Program-made: the position numbers and the translations under genes | The notes under the pieces: generated by a model | Seen by the model: only the letters and a program-made list of their open reading frames with translations | Told to the model about the DNA's origin: nothing | The model's database searches: none | Part shown: positions 9,195 to 17,678 of the stretch, piece after piece | Numbering within the stretch: position 1 is the first letter of the stretch | Layout: every line of letters starts with the position of its first letter | Origin: Escherichia coli | GTDB taxonomy: Bacteria > Pseudomonadota > Gammaproteobacteria > Enterobacterales > Enterobacteriaceae | Assembly: GCF_044324785.1 (NCBI RefSeq) | Contig: NZ_CP172127.1 | Reading direction: 5' to 3' (one strand) | DNA length: 64,000 nt

Positions 9195-9398
9195 AAATAA
9201 GCCATCTTAACTGAGAGCATATTTTGATATAATTTAGATTAAATCTATTTTGAAGGTTAGTTTGGGATGAGAAGATTACATCAAAACCGTTATTACTAGC
9301 AATAAGTTGTGTAAATCAAATAATACATAATCATGTGGTAACATATACTAAGCGTAGTAAAGTTTTTATATATTCCTGTAACTTTGTGAGAAACTTCC

Positions 9399-10064
9399 AT
9401 GAAAGCCGACAACTTAAGAATTATAGAGAATGGCAAATATGTTTTCGATATGTTCTTGGATACTGGTGAATTTTACTATACAAGTCATGCCTTTGACACG
9501 AGAGAAGATGCAAAAAGCTGGATGGAAGAATGGCAGATTTGGGCAAATAATGTATCGAGTGGGAAAGTAAGTAGTATTTATTATATTTTACAAGTGCCTG
9601 ATACTTGGGCCGGTTCTTCAGATAAAAATAACCCTTACTCGGGACTTTATGTGAAAATAGGGCGTTCCAATAATGTGCTAAAAAGGTTGTCTAACCTGCA
9701 GACAGGTGCATTTGGTCAATTAATATTACACGCTTTGGAACCTGGTGGTTCAGAAAAAGAAAACTATCTTCATGAAAAATTTAGCAACGAAAGACGTCAA
9801 GGTGAATGGTTTGTTTGTACTAAGGAACTTACCAAGCATATATTTACAACATGGTTTAAAAACAAAATGCTCCCACCAGAACATCAAATAAAAATAATGC
9901 AGCTCGCAGAAAGAATAGGTATTTATTCGCATGTTCATACACTAATGGGGGGGAAGCCAGACTTAGTAAACCCATCTATTAGTGAACCTTGGGAATGCGA
10001 AAAATATGTTTTGGTTGATATGATTTATAGCTCTTTAGCAAAGCAAGTTAATCATAAAAAATAA
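9399..10064 (+). CDS. T5orf172 (MUG113, GIY-YIG-like) domain protein
   Basis: YVKIGRSNNVLKRLSNLQTG ... LHEKFSNERRQGEWF matches the T5orf172 signature; unknown flanking regions. Confidence 0.6.
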   Translation: MKADNLRIIENGKYVFDMFLDTGEFYYTSHAFDTREDAKSWMEEWQIWANNVSSGKVSSIYYILQVPDTWAGSSDKNNPYSGLYVKIGRSNNVLKRLSNLQTGAFGQLILHALEPGGSEKENYLHEKFSNERRQGEWFVCTKELTKHIFTTWFKNKMLPPEHQIKIMQLAERIGIYSHVHTLMGGKPDLVNPSISEPWECEKYVLVDMIYSSLAKQVNHKK

Positions 10065-10384
10065 AGTGTTACATTTTAACCATACAATTATTGATTCACT
10101 AATGAAGAGGTGATTTAAACGTATGAAGTTTTAATAAGCTCCAAGAATATTTTGTCATACATGGGTTAAAGAGTTATATAATAATATCTGCTTCTGGAAT
10201 ACAGCAGACAAGCACCTGCAGATAAAGGTCTGCTGAGAGCGAGAAGCGGATCATACGTTGGAAGTTGTTTAGGCAAATACGTTATAAACGTATTTGATTA
10301 AATTTACTTGGATCATAGTCTTCAATAACGCTTTATTATATTGTTTTTCATGCAGCAAACAGGTTTACAGGTAGGTAATAAGCT

Positions 10385-10789
10385 ATGAGTGGATGGAAAG
10401 AGTCTTTTACATTAGCAGAACAGATACAATTAGCATTAAATTTAGGTTATGAGGCTGTACCAGATGAAGAGGCATATACTGGGGCATACTTCATTAAAGG
10501 TGGTAAGAAGTGGATCTTTAACATCATCGGTCTCAAAAAGACATTGAATATATCTTCAGATGATGAACTAAGAGGGCAGGATTATGATGTTGATATGTAT
10601 TTCGAAATTCGCCAAAATTGGGCACAATACCAAGATATGATCTTTGGAAGCGAAGATATCACTCCTTCACCTAAAAATGAACTTACTTCAATTTACCATG
10701 ACCTGCAGGTAACGGATGAACCCAGGGAAATGGTGTATCTTTCTGATGGGATGTGGCTGGATCCCAACGGACGAATTGTACAACGATAG
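10385..10789 (+). CDS. hypothetical protein (134 aa)
   Basis: ORF in AT-rich island with long AT-rich leader. Confidence 0.4.
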   Translation: MSGWKESFTLAEQIQLALNLGYEAVPDEEAYTGAYFIKGGKKWIFNIIGLKKTLNISSDDELRGQDYDVDMYFEIRQNWAQYQDMIFGSEDITPSPKNELTSIYHDLQVTDEPREMVYLSDGMWLDPNGRIVQR

Positions 10790-10898
10790 CACTCGAACAC
10801 ACTCAGTAATCGTCTATAAGGCCAGCACTTGTTACTTGGTCATTTGGGGTTGCTGGTCTTCTCCATTAAATCGACTAAAGTCTGTTCCATAGAGAGAG

Positions 10899-11504
10899 TT
10901 ACTTGCGTTTAAAAAGGTATTTTGTCACGACCAGCACGAGGCCGAATACCTCTGTCAAAGTACCGCCCATGTACAACTGGAGCGTTAAGTCTTTAAATAC
11001 AAGCCATTCAGCACCAGTGGCAAAAAATACACCATTCATTATCAAAAGCTGGCAAGCAAGGATAATAAGGAACCATTTGCCATAGCGTTTTTTTAGATCG
11101 ATTTCAGCTTCAAAATCTTTGTTGTTGAGTTGTTTGCGCTCATGCTCAGTATCAAGTGAATTCACCTGTTTCACAGATGTGAACTCGGTCAAGATTTTAC
11201 TCTCAGTACGGGTGACTTGTTGAGAGGGGGTAGGAATTGGAATTCTTTTGATTGACGCAGCTACAGCCATTTTGCGAGCTTCGGCAGCTCTTTTTCTGGC
11301 TATTCCGTGAATACGGGCAGACGGTTTTTTTGGAGCATGCGAAACCTTTGTCTGAGGTGAAGTTTCGTCAGGAGACTGAACCGGAGTTTCATCCTCCTCC
11401 GGCTCAACCTCTTCTGCTAACTGACGGTGTAGGTTGAGGGAATCCTTCAGTCGGCGTGCAACTTCCTGTTTGAAACGGCTGTTAAAATCGTCATCCGATG
11501 GCAT
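10899..11504 (-). CDS. membrane-anchored protein (charged N-terminal region, two C-terminal TM helices), partner of ImmA-like peptidase
   Basis: start 9 nt after peptidase stop, RBS inside peptidase 3' end; hydrophobic segments WFLIILACQLLIMNGVFFATGA and LVLVVTKYLF. Confidence 0.55.
   Translation of the reverse strand: MPSDDDFNSRFKQEVARRLKDSLNLHRQLAEEVEPEEDETPVQSPDETSPQTKVSHAPKKPSARIHGIARKRAAEARKMAVAASIKRIPIPTPSQQVTRTESKILTEFTSVKQVNSLDTEHERKQLNNKDFEAEIDLKKRYGKWFLIILACQLLIMNGVFFATGAEWLVFKDLTLQLYMGGTLTEVFGLVLVVTKYLFKRK
10901..10978. repeat. direct repeat copy B (~78 bp), coding for the C-terminus of 10899..11504
   Basis: pairs with 7301..7377. Confidence 0.8.
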
Positions 11505-11513
11505 TCTAAAGCG

Positions 11514-12002
11514 TTACCCCAACCTCAAGTTCTTTAAACGATAAGTCATCGCATCGTCAGATACGCCAAAATGATGCGCCATTATATAACTTGGTTGGCC
11601 GTCAGCGTGCAGTTTTCTGACCTCATCTACCGGCATCAGAAGTTCTGCTGCGAACTTGTTCGCAAAAATTTCATCAGGATGCGTTCCGGCGCTTGCGGTT
11701 TCGCCACGTAAATCAACGTACTCATATTCATCGCTATGCGATGCTTGCCGGGCGATGTAATGCCCCAACTCATGCCCACATGAAAAACGTTGACGAACTT
11801 TGTTGTCATCACTGTTTAGAAAGATCGCTGGATCTTGATCTTTTTGTTTAATCAGTGCGCCAGAAACTTTCCCAGGAAGATCGGTAATAAAAACATCTAA
11901 TCCCATGTCGTGAGCAATTTTCGCTGGATCAACAGGGAAACCACGCCCGCACCAGAACGTGTCCAGCACTCGCCGGGCGTGCTCTCTTGGGTTGGTAGCC
12001 AT
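11514..12002 (-). CDS. ImmA/IrrE-family zinc metallopeptidase (DUF955)
   Basis: HELGHY zinc-binding motif and downstream EIFANKFAAELLMP segment. Confidence 0.7.
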   Translation of the reverse strand: MATNPREHARRVLDTFWCGRGFPVDPAKIAHDMGLDVFITDLPGKVSGALIKQKDQDPAIFLNSDDNKVRQRFSCGHELGHYIARQASHSDEYEYVDLRGETASAGTHPDEIFANKFAAELLMPVDEVRKLHADGQPSYIMAHHFGVSDDAMTYRLKNLRLG

Positions 12003-12075
12003 AGCTCCTCCAGTTACTGCATTACGATTATTGGTCGAAATATAGACAACATGTTCCGTACCACATTCCTGTAAA

Positions 12076-12094
12076 AGTGCAAATTCTGCACTTC
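12076..12094. promoter_or_regulatory. palindromic operator-like site upstream of the peptidase operon
   Basis: aagtgca-aattc-tgcactt, perfect 7-bp arms, about 75-90 bp upstream of the peptidase start. Confidence 0.4.
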
Positions 12095-12435
12095 TGGTAC
12101 GATATTAACTGTTAGTAGTAAAGTCTTCCAGATAAATCACTTTAAAATCGTGTGAATTGCTTGCTTTTTACGCTGCATTGTGGATGGCTCAATGTTTCCA
12201 GTAAAAACATACATGATAATCATGACATTAGTGGTTTTTTAGGCGTCCATCTGTTTCTTAAAAAAATGGATGCCACAAGCGCCCGGATGAGAACAGGAAG
12301 GGAAGGCTATTACATGTGTGATTTATTACATCTGTAAAAAAATACAGATCTAACCTGATCTTTTCATTGAAGTTTTTCTTGGTCCTGGATAGGATCTGGA
12401 GGTTGCGAAGATTTTAGAGTCGCATCAAAGGGAAA

Positions 12436-12461
12436 GCCCTGACAGCGCCAACTGTCAGGGC
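12436..12461. other. perfect 10-bp stem hairpin (gccctgacag / ctgtcagggc) in a 567-bp non-coding stretch
   Basis: inverted repeat with 6-nt loop; T-rich flank on minus strand. Confidence 0.5.
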
Positions 12462-12569
12462 CATACAAAAACATCGGTTAATGCTTTCGTTGAGATCTCG
12501 GTTTGGGAGATTACCTCAACCGGGATCCCGTGTAAAGCATTCATTGCCGAAAATGATATAGGTCAATGA

Positions 12570-12848
12570 ATGAAACACATCTGTAAAAAGTCACATCGTC
12601 ACGACAGTATGTTTGATGTTCTTTCCGCAAATCAGGGGAACGTTGGGCGGCACAAATGTTGTGGATGTGCCTATGATAAAGGTATGTGGCACGCATTAAT
12701 TGGCGTTCCACGTGCGGTTGATGACTCTGTTTTAGGTGATTTGCCCGAAAGCCAGGCCGGGCATGTACGTCATAAAGATGCTTTTGAAGCATATAACATG
12801 GGATATGACCATGGGATGCATAAAAAAGCCTACGGCATGGCCTCATAA
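12570..12848 (+). CDS. hypothetical Cys/His-containing protein (92 aa)
   Basis: ORF followed by a clear intrinsic terminator; antisense ORF 12541..12936 judged spurious. Confidence 0.45.
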   Translation: MKHICKKSHRHDSMFDVLSANQGNVGRHKCCGCAYDKGMWHALIGVPRAVDDSVLGDLPESQAGHVRHKDAFEAYNMGYDHGMHKKAYGMAS

Positions 12849-12868
12849 CCAGGTGTAACTTATTAACT

Positions 12869-12896
12869 AACCCGCTTCGGCGGGTTTTCTTTTTTA
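12869..12896 (+). terminator. intrinsic terminator
   Basis: aacccgcttcggcgggtt hairpin followed by ttcttttttat. Confidence 0.7.
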
Positions 12897-12966
12897 TAGA
12901 ACCCTGCGATGTGAAAACGAATAATAAATTGTGCAAATAGTGCAGTTTTTATTATTCGAGGTAATT

Positions 12967-13608
12967 ATGAAAACCTTCTATGAGGGCTGGCCTGAAACTT
13001 TCGTTAGCCGGTTAGATATGTTACGGGCGTTGGATGATCGCGGTTCGACCCGGAGGCTCTATCTTGAGCGGACCGGAGCAATATTTGGCGCTCTGGCAGA
13101 AGAGATACGTACAGCCGTTGCCGGGCATCCTGAAACTGACGCGAGTGAACTTGATATCGGGCCGCTATATCGCTATTACAAACGTGGAGAAAAGGGGGAT
13201 CCGCTGGCTGACTTACTTATTAAATTGGCTCCACCAACCTGTGAACGGGTTCGTATATCTCCTGAAGTGTACACAATCCCGTATCTGTTTTTTGCACTGT
13301 TGATAGCGCAAGGCGCTGACAACGATGCCCGAGATTTTTTCAATATGATGATGCGACCGTTGATCATCGCCTACCGCTTCAAACAACTGGCGCGCTACCT
13401 TGGCACGAAGGGCGGAGGACGACCACAGCACAGATTAAAAAGTGAAGCCATTGAACTGGCTGATCGTTTTTTTACTGAAAACCCGACTGCGCCATTATCG
13501 CGTGGTGTGCAATACATATCCGGTATTTTTGTGGCGAAATACTCCGATCCACCTGCAGCCTCGACGATTAGAAAATGGTTAATTTCAATTTACAGGAGTG
13601 ATAAATAA
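12967..13608 (+). CDS. hypothetical protein (about 213 aa from internal ATG with GAGGT RBS)
   Basis: ORF 12931..13608; better start at MKTFYEGW; no recognisable domain. Confidence 0.45.
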   Translation: MKTFYEGWPETFVSRLDMLRALDDRGSTRRLYLERTGAIFGALAEEIRTAVAGHPETDASELDIGPLYRYYKRGEKGDPLADLLIKLAPPTCERVRISPEVYTIPYLFFALLIAQGADNDARDFFNMMMRPLIIAYRFKQLARYLGTKGGGRPQHRLKSEAIELADRFFTENPTAPLSRGVQYISGIFVAKYSDPPAASTIRKWLISIYRSDK

Positions 13609-13759
13609 TGACCATAAACGGTTTAATCCCCTATAAAACCGTTTAATAAAATTCACGACGTGAATATAATTGTTCATTATTCCCTCATTGTATCTGGCGT
13701 TATGACAAATGCCATAAAATACTGTATAAATGTACAGGCGGTGGCGTTAGGGGGAAGAC

Positions 13760-13939
13760 ATGAATATTCAAGAATCTATAGGCGAACTACCGGAAACATG
13801 CCGGGCTGTTATCAAGCGTAAGGACGGACACATCGTTGGTGTGCGTGTTCTGACTGATGATGAACGGATTGCCAGCCTGATGGCGTTTCTCGAGTTGGCA
13901 GAAATAGCTGGATATACTATTACACCCCCTGACGCGTAA
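13760..13939 (+). CDS. hypothetical small protein (59 aa), below ORF-track threshold
   Basis: GGGGGAAGA RBS then ATG; translation MNIQESIGELPETCRAVIKRKDGHIVGVRVL... Confidence 0.35.
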   Translation: MNIQESIGELPETCRAVIKRKDGHIVGVRVLTDDERIASLMAFLELAEIAGYTITPPDA

Positions 13940-14016
13940 AACACGGTATAATATCGGTGCTGGATTGAACACCCGGCACCATTTTCTGAACACTGCCGCG
14001 CCACCTGGAGTTAACC

Positions 14017-14613
14017 ATGGCGCAGCATTCATTTATCAGGGTATCCGGCGGTTCGCTAATACCCGCGACACCAGACACGCAACGCTGGTTGACTGAACGA
14101 GTCAAACCAGGTGCTGTTGTGTATGCAGATTTCAAACAGGCGCGTAATCCCGCGTTTCATCGTAAATTTTTCTCACTTCTCAACCTGGGCTTTGATTACT
14201 GGCATCTCTCCGGAGGGGCTATTTCTCCTGCAGAGCGCGAACTGGTTCACGGCTACGTTAAGTTACTGGCTTATTACGGTGGGCATGGTGATGTCATGGC
14301 TGAGCTGGCTGATCAGTATCTTCTCGATGAGTCGGAAAAGCGCGCGGGGAATATCAGTGCGGTTAAGTCGTTCGAGGCGTTTCGCGCCTGGGCGACTATG
14401 GAAGCTGGATTTTATGACGTTCATCAGATGCCAGACGGCAGTGTGATGCGCGTACCTCGTTCAATCTCGTTTGCTGCGATGGACGATCTTGAGTTCGGTC
14501 AACTGTATTCAGCCGTTTTAGATGTGCTGTGGAATTATATTTTGTTCCGCACGTTTGCCTCTCAGGAGGCCGCTGAAAATGCCGCCGCGCAGCTGCTGGA
14601 TTACACATCATGA
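14017..14613 (+). CDS. DUF1367-family phage protein (YbcN-like, nin-region type)
   Basis: position upstream of YbcO-like and Q-like genes; sequence pattern recalled from DLP12 ybcN homologues. Confidence 0.5.
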   Translation: MAQHSFIRVSGGSLIPATPDTQRWLTERVKPGAVVYADFKQARNPAFHRKFFSLLNLGFDYWHLSGGAISPAERELVHGYVKLLAYYGGHGDVMAELADQYLLDESEKRAGNISAVKSFEAFRAWATMEAGFYDVHQMPDGSVMRVPRSISFAAMDDLEFGQLYSAVLDVLWNYILFRTFASQEAAENAAAQLLDYTS

Positions 14614-14903
14614 AAAAAATCGACCTGAGAAAAGCTGCACGCGGTCGCGCTTGTACTGTGCGTATCCCCGGTGTGTGCAATCACAATCCTGAAACCAGTG
14701 TACTGGCTCACTACCACCTCGCCGGAACATGCGGAACAGCAATCAAACCACACGATATGCAGGGCGCTATCGCCTGCAGTGCGTGTCACGATGCTATCGA
14801 CGGACGTACAAAAACAGATTACGAGCGTGATTCCTTATTACTGATGCACACAGAGGGCGTTTTAAGGACGTTGGCCATCTGGCGTAACGAGGGATTCATC
14901 TGA
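14610..14903 (+). CDS. DUF1364-family putative nuclease (YbcO-like)
   Basis: LRKAARGR.C.VRIPGVCN.NPETSVLAH ... ACSACHD.ID closely matches YbcO of DLP12 as recalled. Confidence 0.6.
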   Translation: MKKIDLRKAARGRACTVRIPGVCNHNPETSVLAHYHLAGTCGTAIKPHDMQGAIACSACHDAIDGRTKTDYERDSLLLMHTEGVLRTLAIWRNEGFI

Positions 14904-15574
14904 TGAGTAACGAGTATTTGTTGGAATATACCCGCATAAAACTGCGCGCTGCATTGCGGGATTTGTCTGGTGGTTCTAAGGGGCAGCTGGAAGCATTGTG
15001 TGAGCACCCGCCGGCAGACAAAAACGCATATCCACGCAAACATATTCATCGTGTGCAACTGGAGGACCGGACCGTTGATGCTCTGGTTACGCCAGTTTAC
15101 GCCCTGGAAAGTTTCAGCAGACGTCGTCCCGCGCCGCCGATGAATGATTTTGAATTCGCTGATTCATCGTGGCGCCGCGCCGTGAATTCGCTCGACGTTA
15201 GCCAGCAGGCGTGGTTGCGCTATTGCTACGGTGGTCACCTGGCGTTCAAACACCAAACAGCTATTTGTGAGGCTGTCTGGAGTCGCTATAAAGGACACAT
15301 CCCCGCGTCAACTCAGAGAAAAGTAGCTAAGCGCCTGCTTTCGTTGGTGTGGTTGTCCGTGCAGGCGGTTGCAGCAGCAAATAAACGCGAGGATTTTAAG
15401 GAGATGGCTGGATCTGCGCTAGCTGGAATGTTGTCTGTTTCTCGTTCCACCTGGTGCGAAACATACTCCCCGCACTGGGTAGGAATGAAAGAGGCGGTGA
15501 GAGCACTTGATGAAATGGCACTTCTTGCAACTTTGCATCATTATCAAAACCATTTAGACGACGTTTGCGTATAA
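14903..15574 (+). CDS. late-gene antitermination protein Q-like
   Basis: position between nin-like genes and the late promoter/lysis cassette; 223 aa. Confidence 0.5.
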   Translation: MSNEYLLEYTRIKLRAALRDLSGGSKGQLEALCEHPPADKNAYPRKHIHRVQLEDRTVDALVTPVYALESFSRRRPAPPMNDFEFADSSWRRAVNSLDVSQQAWLRYCYGGHLAFKHQTAICEAVWSRYKGHIPASTQRKVAKRLLSLVWLSVQAVAAANKREDFKEMAGSALAGMLSVSRSTWCETYSPHWVGMKEAVRALDEMALLATLHHYQNHLDDVCV

Positions 15575-15577
15575 TGC

Positions 15578-15606
15578 TTGCAAAACCGAACAAAACAGGC
15601 CATATT
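15578..15606 (+). promoter_or_regulatory. putative late promoter (PR'-like)
   Basis: ttgcaa, 17-bp spacer, catatt immediately after Q stop. Confidence 0.35.
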
Positions 15607-15642
15607 AAACGCTAATTTGGTATGTTGCCAAATTTCTAAGAA

Positions 15643-15671
15643 CCTCGCCACGGCGGGGTTTTGTCGTTTCT
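15643..15671 (+). terminator. putative tR'-like terminator downstream of late promoter
   Basis: cctcgcc..ggcgggg hairpin followed by ttttgtcgttt. Confidence 0.45.
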
Positions 15672-15935
15672 GAATCAGGAAAAATCATGTCTGAACCTCT
15701 AACCGCTGGCGTTGCTGCTGGCTCGGCGGGGGTGACGTTTGCTGCGTTATTTCCTGAGGCAACACCTGCAGTGATGATCTGTGCGCTGGCAGGCGCAGCT
15801 CTCTATGTGTTGTCGTCCGGGCAGCATCGATTCTGGAAGCAGGTTAGACTGGCCCCCTGAATCTCCAGACAACCAATATCACTTAAATAAGTGATAGTCT
15901 TAATACTAGTTTTTAGACTAGTCATTGGAGAGCAG

Positions 15936-16301
15936 ATGATTGATGTCTTAGGACCGGAGAAACGCAGACGGCGTACTACACAGGAAAAGATCGCTATTGT
16001 TCAGCAGAGTTTTGAACCGGGAATGACGGTCTCCCTTGTTGCCCGGCAACACGGTGTGGCAGCCAGCCAGTTATTTCTCTGGCGCAAGCAATACCAGGAG
16101 GGAAGTCTTACTGCTGTGGCCGCAGGAGAGCAGGTCGTTCCTGCCTCTGAACTTGCTGCTGCCATGAAGCAGATTAAAGAACTCCAGCGCCTGCTCGGCA
16201 AAAAAACGATGGAAAATGAACTCCTTAAAGAAGCCGTTGAATACGGGCGTGCAAAAAAGTGGATAGCGCACGCGCCCTTATTGCCCGGGGATGGGGAGTA
16301 A
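15936..16301 (+). CDS. insC: IS2 transposase OrfA (InsC)
   Basis: [53 protein letters not shown]. Confidence 0.9.
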
Positions 16302-17164
16302 GCTTAGTCAGCCGTTGTCTCCGGGTGTCGCGTGCGCAGTTGCACGTAATTCTCAGACGAACCGATGACTGGAAAGATGGTCGCCGCAGCCGTCACTCAG
16401 ATGATACGGATGTGCTTCTCCGTATACACCATGTTATCGGAGAGCTGCCCACGTATGGTTATCGTCGGGTATGGGCGCTGCTTCGCAGACAGGCCGAACT
16501 TGATGGTATGCCTGCGATCAATGCCAAACGTGTTTACCGGATCATGCGCCAGAATGCGCTGTTGCTTGAGCGAAAAACCGCTGTACCGCCATCGAAACGG
16601 GCACATACTGGCAAAGTGGCCGTGAAAGAAAGCAATCAACGATGGTGCTCTGACGGGTTCGAGTTCCGCTGTGATAACGGAGAAAAACTGCGAGTCACGT
16701 TCGCGCTGGACTGCTGTGACCGTGAGGCACTGCACTGGGCAGTCACTACGGGCGGCTTCGACAGTGAAACAGTACAGGACGTAATGCTGGGAGCGGTGGA
16801 ACGCCGCTTCGGCAACGAGCTTCCGGCGTCTCCAGTAGAGTGGCTGACGGATAATGGTTCATGCTACCGGGCTAATGAAACACGGCAGTTTGCCCGGATG
16901 TTGGGGCTTGAACCGAAGAACACGGCGGTGCGGAGTCCGGAGAGTAACGGCATAGCAGAGAGCTTCGTGAAAACGATAAAGCGTGACTACATCAGTATCA
17001 TGCCTAAACCAGACGGGTTAACGGCAGCAAAGAACCTTGCAGAGGCGTTCGAGCATTATAACGAATGGCATCCGCATAGTGCACTGGGTTATCGCTCGCC
17101 ACGGGAATATCTGCGGCAGCAGGCCAGTAATGGGTTAAGTGATAACAGGTGTCTGGAAATATAG
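16259..17164 (+). CDS. insD: IS2 transposase OrfB (InsD)
   Basis: 301-aa DDE transposase overlapping insC in -1 frame. Confidence 0.9.
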
Positions 17165-17405
17165 GGGCAAATCCACAGGTTATTTTCGCACTCATTTCGT
17201 TTGTTGGCGGTGTGTATTGCGCTGAGACAGCATCAGCCATCATTACCGGTATTCTGAACGCGGTGCTGAGTCACCTGAACCCTCCCGTAACAGTAAAAGT
17301 CTCTCCCGCCATTGGTGCACTGGTTGCATCAGTAATCAGCGTTACATCACTGTTGCGGATCATGTCACAAGCTCGTTTATGGAAATCAGATAAGGGGATG
17401 AAATA

Positions 17406-17678
17406 ATGACCCTGCACTCTGTCCTCATTAATGCCAATGCAATTATCTGTCTGATGCTGGCACTGCGGTTGATGTTTTTTCAAAAAACAGGCCGCTATCG
17501 TTTTTTCATCTCACTAACTGCTTACCTGGCGATTCTGTCTGCTGCGTGGATAGCCCTACGAATTTTTTATGGGAAATATACGCAGGTTGATCCCGCAGAG
17601 TTCTTTCTCAACCTCACCATCTGTATTGCTGTCTGGCGGGCACGAGGGAATATTTCAAAAATAACAGGAGACAGGTAA
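17406..17678 (+). CDS. small membrane protein, holin/antiholin-like
   Basis: 90 aa with two hydrophobic helices; start overlaps the disrupted holin stop (ATAATGA). Confidence 0.45.
   Translation: MTLHSVLINANAIICLMLALRLMFFQKTGRYRFFISLTAYLAILSAAWIALRIFYGKYTQVDPAEFFLNLTICIAVWRARGNISKITGDR

Larger units (their letters stand above)
15845..17175 (+). mobile_element. IS2 insertion sequence (1331 bp) with 5-bp target site duplication caggt
   Basis: ends tagactggccccctgaatctcc ... ggggcaaatcca; insC and insD ORFs; caggt at 15840-15844 and 17176-17180. Confidence 0.9.
15687..17406 (+). pseudogene. holin-like lysis gene interrupted by IS2 (N-terminal part 15687..15844, C-terminal part 17181..17406)
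   Basis: the two fragments join in frame across the IS2 insertion once one copy of the caggt duplication is removed, giving a ~127-aa protein with hydrophobic segments. Confidence 0.7.

Noticed and set aside
12541-12936. Minus-strand 131-aa ORF
   Set aside because: It overlaps the plus-strand ORF 12570..12848, which is followed by a clear intrinsic terminator; the minus-strand translation looks non-protein-like.
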